Source of the DNA: an uncultured virus (IMG/VR IMGVR_UViG_2852300590_000011)
Lineage: Duplodnaviria; Heunggongvirae; Uroviricota; Caudoviricetes
Length of the DNA: 28,830 nucleotides
Virus record (IMG/VR): IMGVR_UViG_2852300590_000011
Reading direction: 5' to 3' (one strand)
This document shows, in pieces, positions 9,392-19,789 of this stretch (position 1 is the first letter of the stretch; every line of letters starts with the position of its first letter). Below the pieces are notes generated by a model. That model worked only from the letters and a program-made list of their open reading frames with translations, was not told the DNA's origin and searched no databases. A program made the translations under genes and the position numbers.

Positions 9392-12300
9392 ATGGGTAAA
9401 GGTGGTGGCGGTCAAAGAACACCGTATGAGGCACCAAACGATTTAACATCACGTCAAAAAGCGTCATTAATTGATTTAATCAGTGAGGGGCCGATTGAAG
9501 GCCCTATTCATATTCAAGGCTCGATGGATGATTTAGGGTGCATTTATTTGGATGATACGCCGGTGATAGATGGATCTGGCAATAGCACCATTAATGGAAT
9601 GTATGCACAATGGCGGGCGGGTACCTTAGAGCAACCGGCAATGAGAGGTTTTACCGCGTCTGCGAATGAAGTTCCAGTGGGGATTGAGGTTAAATATAAT
9701 TCCCCTGTCACTCGCACTATCACCTCGCCCAATATTGACCGCTTACGCCTAACCTTTGGTACGCAAGCACTGGTTGAAACTAAAGATAATGGTGATCGCG
9801 TACCTACATCTGTTCAATTACAGATCCAAATCCAGCGCAATGGGGTATGGATAACAGAGAAAAAAGTCACGATTAAGGGTAAACGCTCTAACTCTCCGTA
9901 CTTGATGGCGGTTATTTTGGATGATTTGCCCCCAGCTCCGTTCAGTGTGCGTATGATCCGTATTACTCAAGACAGCACTTCTGACAAAATTCAAAATAAT
10001 ACCGTTTGGTCGAGTTATTCTGAGTTAGTGGATATTTCACAAACCTATCCGGGTTCTGCTGTTGCAGGATTAATGTTTGATAGTGAGCAGTTTGGCAATA
10101 AATTTCCGCGCCGTAATTATTTAATTAAAGGGTGTATTATTCAGGTGCCGAGTAATTATGATCCAGATAAACGAATTTATTCTGGGATTTGGGACGGTAC
10201 ATTTAAACCGGCATTTACCAATAATCCAGCATGGGTATTATGGGATTTGTTAACTCATCCTCGTTATGGCATGGGGAAACGCCTCAATATTAGTGAGGTT
10301 GATAAATTCGCCTTATATGCGATAGGACGTTATTGTGACGAACAGGTTGATGATGGTTTTGGAGGAAAAGAGCCACGTATAACCTGTAATGCTTACATTA
10401 CGGATATGCGTAAAGCCTATGATGTGATGGCAGATATGTGTGCCATGATGCGCATTATGCCAGTCTGGAACGGACGAACATTAACCTTTATTCAAGACAG
10501 ACCGTCTGATGTAGTATGGCCTTATACTAATGCCAACGTAATTGATGGCAACTTCCAATACAGCTTTAGCGCATTAAAATCGCGTCACACTGCCGTCGAA
10601 GTTCGTTTTATTGATCCAAACAATGGTTGGAAAACCAGTGTTGAGCTAGTTGAAGATGATGCTAGCATAGCGCGCTTTGGACGCAATGTGATGCGCGTCG
10701 ATGCATTTGGTTGTACTAGCAGAGGTCAGGCTCATCGTCATGGTCTTTGGTTGTTAACTACTGAGAAATTAGAAACTCAAACGGTTGAATTTAATATCGG
10801 TAGTGAGGGGCTACGTCATATGCCGGGTGATATTATCGAAATTGCTGATAATTATTACGCGGATAATCAAATTGGTGGACGTCTAACACATATTGATTAT
10901 GCCTCTCAAACATTAACCTTAGATCGAAATATCGACACACCCAAAAGTGGTAAATCAAGCGTCACACTCATCAATGCTCAAGGTGATCCGCAATCTTATG
11001 AAGTGGCGAGCTATCCCGCATCTAATCAAATAAAGCTGGATACTTTGCCGTTAGGGTTACAAGAAGGCGGAATTTGGACATTAACACTTCCGTCTTTACG
11101 TCGGCGATTATTTCGTGCCATCAGCTTGGCTGATAACGGAGATGGCAGCTTTACGGTTATTGCAGTGCAACACACGCCCGAAAAAGAGGCTGTTGTTGAT
11201 AAAGGGGCTAAATTTGAGCCAAAACCTGATACGCCACTAGGTGGATTTATTCCACCGGTTGAAAACCTTTCTGTGGATATCGAATCAGATACAAGTGAAT
11301 GGCAAGTAGAAGCCAGTTGGAATACACCTTATTCCAGTCGAGGGGTAGATTTTTTATTAAAACTAACCACTGGTGATCGCATTGTCGGCACCGCCTCAAC
11401 CACGGATACGATATATCGTTTTGGTGGTTTGCCTCAGGGGAATTATGTTTTATCCATCCTGCCTCAAAATGATCGGAAACAAAAAGGCGAGGTGGCCACA
11501 ACTTCATTTGCGATTAATCCACCATTACCACCCAGTTATATTGAGGTTGAGTCGGGCTATTTTAGTTTAGGGATTATTCCGCGATCTGGTGGTCAAAATA
11601 GCTTACGAGCACAGTATGAGTTTTGGTTTTCAGAAAAACAGATCACGGATATTCGTGATGTGGAAAATCGTGCTGAGTATTTAGGTATTAGCTCTATGTG
11701 GGTTATACAAGGACGTAACCTAAAGGCAGGACATACCTATTATATTTATGTTCGTAGTATAAACGCTGTAGGGCATTCAGAATTTGTGGAAGGAATAGGG
11801 CAACCAGAAAGTCACACTAGCGAAATACTAGATAATTTAGATAAAGAATTACAGGAAACGCAAGCATGGCAGAAGCTTAATGAAAAAGTTGAATGGAATG
11901 AAAATACAATAAAAAGGGTAGGTTATAATGAATATAATTTATCTCGAAAGTTTGAAAAATACAGTAAACAGACAGAGGAAACGATTAATGAGATCCGAAC
12001 ACAGATAGAAAATACGGAAGCTGATATTATTACTCAAAAGGAAGCAATTTCTTCTATCAAACAAGCTCAATCAAGTTATCAACAACAAGTCCAAGCTAAA
12101 ATTAATCAGCAGTCAGGTATTCTCAATCAAAAGATGAATGCACAATTTACACAATCAGGAGGATATGCTCGGCATTCAATAAATATTACTATCGTCCATA
12201 ATGGAATTAGATATAATGCAGCTGGTTTTATTGTTAGTGCCGAAATAAAAAATAAACTCTTATATTGGATTTAATGCCAATAACTTTGCATTTTATAATC

Positions 12301-12587
12301 CCAAAAATAACCGAATGGAACTATTTATGTCTGCTAAAAACGGACAATTTTTTATTCGAGAAGCATTAATTGATAAAGCTATGATCAGAAAACTCGCGTT
12401 ATCAGAGGCTATTACTTCCAATAATTATTCTCCCGAAAAGTCAGGTTTTATTCTTGATGTGAAAAATAACAAATTAGAAATATATGGTGGTAATGGGGGA
12501 ACAACATTAACCAATCAAAATTTATATGTAAAAGACGAAACTGGGTATAACGTTGTTATTATTGGTGATATCACAAATGAGCGATAA
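9392..12587 (+). pseudogene. Host specificity / central tail tip protein J, frameshifted near 12255
   Basis: MGKGGGG..TP.EA start, WDGTFKPA..NNPAW.LWD.LTHPRYGMG. Near 12258 another frame reads SYIGFNANNFAFYNPKNNRMELFMSAKNGQFFI, the J C-terminal region, and continues into ORF 12315-12587. Confidence 0.85.
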
Positions 12588-12909
12588 TTATGGAATGGTA
12601 ATCAAATCTAAAAAATATGGAATTAATTTATTAAATACATCTGATAGAGTCGGCCGAATTGTTGGTTGGCATGATATTACTCCTATACCACTTATGACTA
12701 AAAAAACCTTTAGTTATGACCATTCTGATCTAAATAAATATGGAGAAGTATTTGCTTGGTTTGGGACTTCCTTTATGAGAGGGTTAGCCGGAGATGTTAC
12801 TTTAAATATTAATAACGGGGTAATTATTCTTGAACTCGATAATGTTTATAGAAATGGCTTAATCGATATATATGACGACATCATTAGGTTATATTATGGA
12901 GTATATTGA
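12577..12909 (+). CDS. Hypothetical tail-tip-associated protein
   Basis: ATG overlaps the end of J; N-terminal YGM.I motif typical of post-J genes. Confidence 0.65.
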   Translation: MSDNYGMVIKSKKYGINLLNTSDRVGRIVGWHDITPIPLMTKKTFSYDHSDLNKYGEVFAWFGTSFMRGLAGDVTLNINNGVIILELDNVYRNGLIDIYDDIIRLYYGVY

Positions 12910-13595
12910 TGGGTAAATATGGCATTATTATAAAAGGAAAGGATCGCCATGTTCAAATAGATAGCTTTAATACGGTTATGAACTGTATTAGAAAGCAGAC
13001 TGTTGTAATGAAAGGCGGGATAGTATCTGGAAATCAAGGATATTATACTGAATTACCGAACGCCCCGCATTCATCTACAAAGTTATTTGCTGTATCACCT
13101 AACAATGTTTTTGTTAAAGTTATTGGGGGAGCCATAAAAGGAAGTGACAAAAATATCCAGATATCCCAACCTTATAATGACTCTTCGGGTAGTGTTGATG
13201 TATTTGAATTTGGTGATTTTCCTAATAATATTTTTAAAGAAAAATATGGAGTCGTTATAAAAAATAGTAGTACAAAACAGACTGTTTATAACTCTAATTG
13301 GGGGGTGCTAAAAATAGTAGGATATTTTATTGCATCATGGAAAGAAGATATTGATTATCAATTACCAAATATAAAAGATTTAGCTTTCGTTTTTGGTGGC
13401 GGAATGGGAGGAATATGGGAAGATGGATTTGAAGGGGCTTGGATGGATACTTTTATTAAAAGAGTGGGAAATACGTTACAAGTAAGATATAAAGAAGTTG
13501 TTCTTTGGAGCACAGGCAGTGCAAATCGTGATTTATCTAGATTTCCATCTACTTGCTTAATAATAGATGTGGGCGATATTAAGAAGGTATTATGA
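12909..13595 (+). CDS. Hypothetical tail-tip-associated protein
   Basis: TGATG coupling; repeated KYG(I/V)(I/V)IK motif (aa 3-9 and about aa 112) as seen in post-J genes. Confidence 0.65.
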   Translation: MGKYGIIIKGKDRHVQIDSFNTVMNCIRKQTVVMKGGIVSGNQGYYTELPNAPHSSTKLFAVSPNNVFVKVIGGAIKGSDKNIQISQPYNDSSGSVDVFEFGDFPNNIFKEKYGVVIKNSSTKQTVYNSNWGVLKIVGYFIASWKEDIDYQLPNIKDLAFVFGGGMGGIWEDGFEGAWMDTFIKRVGNTLQVRYKEVVLWSTGSANRDLSRFPSTCLIIDVGDIKKVL

Positions 13596-13858
13596 AAAAA
13601 ATAATTTTATTATCTATTGCGGTATTTATTTCAGGCTGTGCTGATAGAAAACCTATAAATTATCAGACAGTGGAGTGTGTTGGTTTAATTAAAATTCAGA
13701 CTATTGAAAAATATCAGAGTTTTAAATTAAGTCGCTATAATAATGATAATAATATGTATTTTGGATACGGTAAAGCAGGTTTATGGCAAGGCGGTTGGGG
13801 TAGCCCTGATATGTTTGACAAAATATATTGCAAAGATAATTCACCTATAAAAAAATAA
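13592..13858 (+). CDS. Cor-like outer-membrane lipoprotein (putative superinfection exclusion)
   Basis: Lipobox ISGC; two further Cys (EC.G ... W..GW....F....C); position between the post-J genes and the tail fibre, as for cor. Confidence 0.6.
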   Translation: MKKIILLSIAVFISGCADRKPINYQTVECVGLIKIQTIEKYQSFKLSRYNNDNNMYFGYGKAGLWQGGWGSPDMFDKIYCKDNSPIKK

Positions 13859-13874
13859 ATTTAGGAAATAAATC

Positions 13875-15230
13875 ATGATATACACAACAGGCACTGTTAG
13901 CACAGTGTCAGGGTCTGCTATTGTCTCTGGCACAGGTACCAAATGGACAGTTAATAATCCCGCTATTCGCTCAGGCACCATTATTTTAATTAAAAATGGT
14001 AATGCTAATTCTATTTACATGGTGGATAGAGTTAATAGCGATACAGAATTAGTCATTTCACAGCCGGCTACATTTACCGTAAAAAACACCAGTTACAGTA
14101 TTAATCTCACTGAGCCGAACTCATACAGCGACGCTAATAATCGTATGACCGCTATTGCATCAGATACGATGTATTTTCTGCTAGCAATGGATCAATGGAT
14201 GATGAATAACGGTGTGGTGACAGTAGAGCTATCTAACGGGCAAAAAGTAACGCTCGATAGCATTAAGAAGATGCAGGGGGATATTAACAACAAGGCTGAT
14301 GCTAAAGTTATTGAACAGATGTAGGGAGATATTGCCAATAAGTTAGATACTAAGAAAGGAGGTATTCAACGAGTTGAAGGTGAATTGCGTTTAAGTACTG
14401 CTATTGGTGCTGTCAATCAAGATGAGAGCAATGCCGCGTGGATATCGTTAGTTCGTGGACATCCTGATATTTATATCAAAAGAGAGGGGAAAGCGAACGC
14501 GCTGTTCAGCTTTCCTAGTTCAGCAGGAGGGGAATTTTTATCTAACAAAACGCTTGAGATATTGGAAAGTAAATCAGATTTCTATGGTAATGGATTTATG
14601 CCGTTAGAAATATAGATTCACAGGCAATGAGTACCATATTCATGGGTACAAATTGCGACCATCCAAGCGCTGGATATTCGTTTGCGATATTAGGTCGTGC
14701 AAATAAAGCATTTTTCACAACAAGAGAGAAAGGGCAGTGTATGAACTATAGAATTCATCAAATGCTCGCCTTGATACAAATGGCTTTATCAAAAAAGCCT
14801 CTCCAATCATCGACATCAACCCCGACGGTACATTCACTACTAACGATGAATCAGAAGGTGCGATTGTTACTCGAGTAGCTCAGGGTGAATACCTTATTGA
14901 AGGCGTGCTGGGTTTTAACTCAGATGCAGGTTGGGGGGGGATGGCGGTATTGAAATCCCACTCGATGTAAATAAACAACCACTGATATGGGTTAACTCTA
15001 AAGTTAACAAAGATGGCTCTATTCTCGTTAAAACGTATCACCGAATTCACTCTAATGCGCTAGAGTTTGCCCGTAATGATATTGATGGTTTCAATGACGG
15101 TGACTCAATTGATATCCCTAACGGTCGTTTTATTTCCGTGCGTGTACAGATGCCAGAAGGCTCAATCTATAACGTGAGAATGCGTGAGATGGAAGAAGCG
15201 CAGAAAGTGGAAGAGGAGATGAAAGAGTAG
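13875..15230 (+). pseudogene. Side tail fibre protein, multiply disrupted
   Basis: MIYTTGTVST.SGSAIVSGTGTKW start. The TAG at 14322 sits in ATGTAGGGAGATATT, which repeats ATGCAGGGGGATATT at 14271 (CAG>TAG). Further breaks lie at about 14610-14750 and at the G8 run 14933-14940. The C-terminal motif D.NGFIKKASPII.I..DG.F.TNDESEGA is present. Confidence 0.85.
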
Positions 15231-15369
15231 TACGGTTAAGGTGAGAACGTTATATTGCTGTAATAATTAATGATATTAGTTTATATGTGAGGCTGTACTG
15301 TTATGTCATGCTATATTAATCGATGGAGTGATAAAAAGATTTCTAAATTATTCAAAAAGGCATTACATA

Positions 15370-16314
15370 ATGAAAATGATTTTTAATCTAGATGGCTCAA
15401 AAATACGGCTCTCATCTTTACAGTATAAAAGTAAATTGAAGCAGATCGAGATAATGCGCAACTGGTTTTTCGATAACTATGAGGATCCTGCAGATTCTTG
15501 CCCTCATGAAAGCCGTGAGGGTGGATATTATTATGTTTATGGTGGCCCATATGATGCAAGTGAAGAACTAGAAGCGGTATTTGGGGAACATGTAAAGTTT
15601 GAGTATATCCAAGAATTAGTAGATGAGTTACAAGAGATATGTTGGGATTGGTCTGGCCGGCCAGATAATATTGATGATTGGTATGATGAAGATTTGTACA
15701 ACGCGGTAATATCTTCTAAGCATCCTTTCAGTAAGTTTCTTGATAATATTGAGAAAATAAAAATTCTAGCAGAGAGCAAGCATACTAATACTCAAAAAGA
15801 ACATCTACTTGGTATTTTATTTACCAACGTTATTACAGCCTTAGAAACACTTTATGTTGAACTATTTATCAACTCTATAGAGAAAGATGATTCTTATATT
15901 TCTAATTGCATAGAAAAAGGGAAAACTGAATTTAAAGTAAGCAAAGAAATTGCTGCTTTGCCATTCAAAGGAGAATCTATTGGAAAAATAAGAGAGGAAC
16001 TAATAAAAGCAATAAAAGAGCATTTAATTAGTACAAGTTGGCATAATACAAACATAGTTGTTAAACGATATAAGGCAACGTTTGGTATTAATATCCAGAG
16101 AGATTGGCCAATAGAGAATATTGAAATAGCAACGATAACACGTAACCATTTAGTACATCGTGGCGGTAAGGATAAAGATGGTAACCTGGTAGAGGTTACG
16201 AAGCAAAATTTAGATAATTTGATAAACGATGCTGTATCAATAGGTGAAAAATTAAACGATAGCCTCAAAGATGCATTGCAAAAGAAAACTAGCCTAACCG
16301 AATACGAATTTTGA
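15370..16314 (+). CDS. HEPN-domain protein (putative RNase, abortive infection/defence)
   Basis: Helical C-terminal domain with ITALE...(helix) and the RxxxxH motif RNHLVH (16141-16158); acidic/aromatic N-terminal domain; AAAAGG RBS; extended -10 TGcTATATT at 15309-15317. Confidence 0.7.
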   Translation: MKMIFNLDGSKIRLSSLQYKSKLKQIEIMRNWFFDNYEDPADSCPHESREGGYYYVYGGPYDASEELEAVFGEHVKFEYIQELVDELQEICWDWSGRPDNIDDWYDEDLYNAVISSKHPFSKFLDNIEKIKILAESKHTNTQKEHLLGILFTNVITALETLYVELFINSIEKDDSYISNCIEKGKTEFKVSKEIAALPFKGESIGKIREELIKAIKEHLISTSWHNTNIVVKRYKATFGINIQRDWPIENIEIATITRNHLVHRGGKDKDGNLVEVTKQNLDNLINDAVSIGEKLNDSLKDALQKKTSLTEYEF

Positions 16315-16391
16315 ATAAGACTGGGCACTAGTACAGATTGGTGTCCAATCAGAATCATCATAACTAAATAAAAATCCTTCATATATTCTTG

Positions 16392-16604
16392 TTAAAGGTA
16401 AGGGGGGATTATTAAATATAAACTAGTCATTTTTTTCAACGAATTAGCCATTTCGTACATTCTTTTCGAGCGAGTATTTAATTCTTTTATTATATATAAT
16501 ATTGTAAGCGAAGGATTATTTTCTATCATTTTTACTACGTCTTCTATTACATTAGCTCGTGTTGATAGCTCGATAATAGATGTTCGATTATTATTTTCTT
16601 GCAT
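16392..16604 (-). CDS. Small hypothetical protein (70 aa); upstream region replaced by the IS110 relic
   Basis: ATG at 16604 in an open frame; the longer called ORF extends into antisense transposase sequence. Confidence 0.35.
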   Translation of the reverse strand: MQENNNRTSIIELSTRANVIEDVVKMIENNPSLTILYIIKELNTRSKRMYEMANSLKKMTSLYLIIPPYL

Positions 16605-16614
16605 ATCTTCCAAC

Positions 16615-17398
16615 AACCCTTTGTCCGCGGGCAAAAAAATGACAGTAATGATGCACAGGCTATCGCAATTGCTCTGATGCAGCCAACAATGCAGTTCGTC
16701 CCCCCCCAAAAGCCCTGAACAGCAGGATATTCAGGCTATGCACCGTGCAAGACAGCGTATTATTAATCACCGCACTGCGACAGTCTGTCAAATCCGGGGA
16801 CTGCTGCTTGATCGGGGAATAACAATCGGCGCTGCAGTCTCAAGAGTTCGTCGTGCTGTTCCGCTTATCCTTGAAGATGCTGAAAATGGTCTTAGCGTTA
16901 GAATGCGCAGGACGATTACAGAATTTTATGATCTCTTTAATGATCTTGGTCGTCGAATAAGCTTTTTTGATAAAGAAATTGATGCTGTGTTCAGGTAATC
17001 AGAAGACTGCCAGCGCATTGCCAAAGTTAAAGGCATTGACCCTAAAACAGCAACAGCTGTTGTTGCCGCGATTGGCAAAGGAACTGAATTTAAAAATGGT
17101 CGTCATTTTGCCGCATGGCTTGGTCTGGTTCCACGACAGCACTCAAGTGGCGACAGGCAGGTACTGATGAATATGACGAAAAAAGGCGACAAGCATTTGC
17201 GGATACTTTTTATTCATGGTACCAGCTCTGTCGTCAGGGTTACCGCGAATAACAAGGATGGCGAAGCATCAGTGGGTAAACCAGTTAAAGGAGCGGAGCG
17301 GGTTTAATAAAACGACCGTAGCGGTGGCTAACAAGAACGCGAGAACAATCTGGTTGATGCTGAGAAATTATACCGAGTATCAGGCAGTTGGAAGTTAG
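16615..17398 (+). pseudogene. IS110-family (IS1111 group) transposase, 5'-truncated and inactivated
   Basis: PFVRGQKNDSNDAQAI (end of the DEDD domain), HRARQR...QIRGLL, F.NGRHFAAWLGLVPRQHSSG, VAVANKNAR. Frameshift in the C8 run 16700-16707, stop at 16996-16998, frameshift near 17262. Confidence 0.9.
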
Positions 17399-17580
17399 TA
17401 TCCAGTCAGACGAATTGCAGTGTACTGAAAAATGGTGGCAGTTTGCACTAGCACAATCGGAATCTGACTATTGTATTGGCCTCCGAGGCCGTCCAGTTGT
17501 TGAGGCGATTGTGTGCGGATTACCCATTTGGGCACAGGTTTTCCTGATGCCGGATTGAGGTAAGCAACGACCCAAAACGG
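17399..17580 (+). ncRNA. Putative seekRNA/bridge-RNA region downstream of the IS1111-group transposase
   Basis: IS1111-group elements carry their guide RNA downstream of tnp. Stem GCACAATCG (17451-17459) / CGATTGTGT (17506-17514) encloses an internal loop and the hairpin GGCCT-CCG-AGGCC (17478-17490). Confidence 0.55.
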
Positions 17581-17594
17581 AGGTAATTCATAGA

Positions 17595-17776
17595 TATAAT
17601 AAGTCGCACTGCTAATATCATTTTACCGACAAATATCATCGACTTTCATACCTGAATCGGCGAGTTTTAAGATGTTGACGATTTGAGTTTCAGTAAAACG
17701 GGCTTTTTTCATAACGATCACTGTAATTTTTAGGACAGAAAATCTAATTATAGCTGTCTCATTTTAGGGAGTGACA
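17595..17776 (-). mobile_element. IS3-family (IS407-group-like) relic: left end plus start of orfA
   Basis: Minus strand begins TGTCACTCCCTAAAATGAGACAG; ATG at 17712 reads MKKARFTETQIVNILKLADSGMKVDDICR*NDISSATYY. Confidence 0.8.
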
Positions 17777-17849
17777 TTAACAGCAGAAATTTCCAACGTT
17801 GCAGTGCCATATTGTTTTTTTTATTATCTAACAATACACTTCACATTTT

Positions 17850-17858
17850 TGTTATAAT
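17850..17858 (+). promoter_or_regulatory. Extended -10 promoter element for the TM/radical SAM operon
   Basis: TGtTATAAT matches TGnTATAAT exactly, about 64 nt upstream of ATG 17922; GAGGGG RBS at 17911-17916. Confidence 0.55.
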
Positions 17859-17921
17859 GCGCTGCAATGAGAATCAAGTTCTAGTTACAATTTTAAATTT
17901 ATTACCTCATGAGGGGAAACA

Positions 17922-18650
17922 ATGATAAGTGCTAGTTCAAGAGAGCGCTGGAATACTAAAACGATAATAATTATAAGTCTTTTGGTATCAATAGTTTTGA
18001 TTGTAATTTCGTTTTTTTATCCAAATGATTATAATGATTGGAAGAATATTCAGATTAGTGTGGCTTGTTCAATTTTAGCAAGTAACATTATCATGTTTTT
18101 AACCTCCGAATATATGCTGAGAAGTAAAAGACGTACAGAAATAATTGATCGTTGGGGGGTTGAATCTATATACAAAACTAGGGCTGAAATGAATGTTTCC
18201 ACAAATGTTTCGCTATCACAGTGTAAAAAAAATATTGAAATTATAGCATTCGGTTTGAAATCATTTCGGGAGACAAAAACGGTAGAAATAGAAAATCTAT
18301 TAACTAATGGAGTTAGTATAAAAATACTAACCTTAACTCCTAATTCTAAAATTTTAAATTTAGTTGATCAAAGAGAAAATTTAATTGAGGGTTCAACAAA
18401 AAAATCAATTGAAGATTTGATAAGTTGGGTTTCAAGTTTACAATTAAAGTCAAAAAAGTTTAATTTGGAAATTAGACATTATGATTCTATTCCGTTGGAT
18501 TTCTATTTTAAAGTTGATGATAGAATCTATGTTGGTCCATATTTAAAAGGAATGTCAAGCCAGCAAACAATATCATATGAGTTTTCTCTAGGTGAAGGTT
18601 ATATATACTGGTCGAGCTATTTTTCAAAAATATGGAATGATTGTAAATGA
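17922..18650 (+). CDS. Membrane protein: two N-terminal TM helices plus PLD-like (DUF5919-like) cytoplasmic domain
   Basis: Hydrophobic segments aa 15-33 and about 43-61. Then IEIIAFGL...G.SIKIL.L.P.S...LEIRHYDSIP....FKVDD.IYVGPY...YF.KIW pattern of non-HKD PLD-fold domains. Confidence 0.65.
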   Translation: MISASSRERWNTKTIIIISLLVSIVLIVISFFYPNDYNDWKNIQISVACSILASNIIMFLTSEYMLRSKRRTEIIDRWGVESIYKTRAEMNVSTNVSLSQCKKNIEIIAFGLKSFRETKTVEIENLLTNGVSIKILTLTPNSKILNLVDQRENLIEGSTKKSIEDLISWVSSLQLKSKKFNLEIRHYDSIPLDFYFKVDDRIYVGPYLKGMSSQQTISYEFSLGEGYIYWSSYFSKIWNDCK

Positions 18651-19534
18651 TTAGAAAACCTGACTACGAAAGAGGGCGTTTTTTTATTAGTCCTATTTTG
18701 GGTTGTAATGCGCAGTGTTATTTTTGTTACATTTATAATAAGGGATATAAAACCAAAGCTGTAAAAAATGGGTTTGATATCTCTCAAGTTTTACAATATT
18801 TATACTCTCATTCTAATTTTAAATTAGGAAAGAATGGGTCAATTATTTCAATAGGTGCTTGGGGGGACCCATTTCCAAGGTATAATAAGAAGCTATGCTT
18901 GTATAGTCTACATTGGTTAAAAAAGCTGTCATCCCTAGGTAATCCAATTCAAATAATGAGTAGGTACGAGTTACATTCAGAGATTCTTGATGAGATTGTT
19001 AAAGCTAACAAATATGCTGGCCATATATTATATTCTACATCTATAAGCTCAATTAAAAATTTTAGAAGCATTGAGCCTTACTCTGACTCCCCTCAAAACA
19101 GACTTAAAAGTCTTAAATTACTAAAACGTTCAGGTATTGCGACTAATGTAATGGTTAAGCCTTTTATACTTGGCATAACTAACTTGGAATCAATTGAAAT
19201 TGCAACTGCTTTAAAAGAATATGAAGTTGAACAGTGTGTGGTAGGTGAGCTATTATTGGATAATAGAATAAAAAAAGAATTTTCAACTATTGGGTTGCCG
19301 ATTATTATAAAAAATGAAGAAAGTCAAATTCTTGATTGCACTTCGGGAGAAAATTATGAGCTCAGTACTTCGATAGAGTTCATTGTTTTTTCTAAAACTC
19401 TATCTGATTTAGGTATCAAAGTTTTTAGGAAATCCAGCTGTGTTAATTCCTATATTTTAAATACTCCAAATCCAGCCAATTATATGCAGTCAGACCCAAA
19501 TCACTATTGTATAAAATGCGGGGTATGTAAATAA
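18647..19534 (+). CDS. Radical SAM enzyme, spore photoproduct lyase (SplB/COG1533)-like
   Basis: ISPILGCNAQCYFCY (CxxxCxxC), GDPFP, IEP....P..RL, VKPFILGIT; extra C-terminal SSC...CIKCGVC; ATGA overlap with the upstream gene. Confidence 0.85.
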   Translation: MIRKPDYERGRFFISPILGCNAQCYFCYIYNKGYKTKAVKNGFDISQVLQYLYSHSNFKLGKNGSIISIGAWGDPFPRYNKKLCLYSLHWLKKLSSLGNPIQIMSRYELHSEILDEIVKANKYAGHILYSTSISSIKNFRSIEPYSDSPQNRLKSLKLLKRSGIATNVMVKPFILGITNLESIEIATALKEYEVEQCVVGELLLDNRIKKEFSTIGLPIIIKNEESQILDCTSGENYELSTSIEFIVFSKTLSDLGIKVFRKSSCVNSYILNTPNPANYMQSDPNHYCIKCGVCK

Positions 19535-19789
19535 TTTAGATCTTAAATTGAATAGATAGGGAAAATCATCATTAATATTGATAATGGATATTTTTACATC
19601 GCAGGAGTTGGGGCTTTCTTACTTCAAAAATACATGGTAAAAATGGGAAAGGATTTAACAGCTGTTGTGGCTACTACAAGTACCAATTGAGGATATATAT
19701 ACTCAATAAAAGCACATTGTAGGTAGACAAAAGTATTTATATTACCCTACGCTACTCAATTATATCTCACACTATATTTTAAGGTTATC

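Noticed and set aside
14933..14940. Phase-variable poly-G tract in the tail fibre
   Set aside because: The gene is already broken upstream by a nonsense codon and frameshifts. Comparison with copy 2 (TGG AGA GGT ATT GAT) suggests a small deletion rather than a switch.
18647..19534. Prokaryotic viperin
   Set aside because: The motifs around and after CxxxCxxC (ISP..GC, GDPFP, EP....P..RL) resemble the SplB/COG1533 group, not the viperin CNY.C.FCF / GGEP pattern.
19540..19785. Small third gene or antitoxin between the radical SAM gene and the kinase
   Set aside because: Only very short frames without a clear RBS or recognisable motif.
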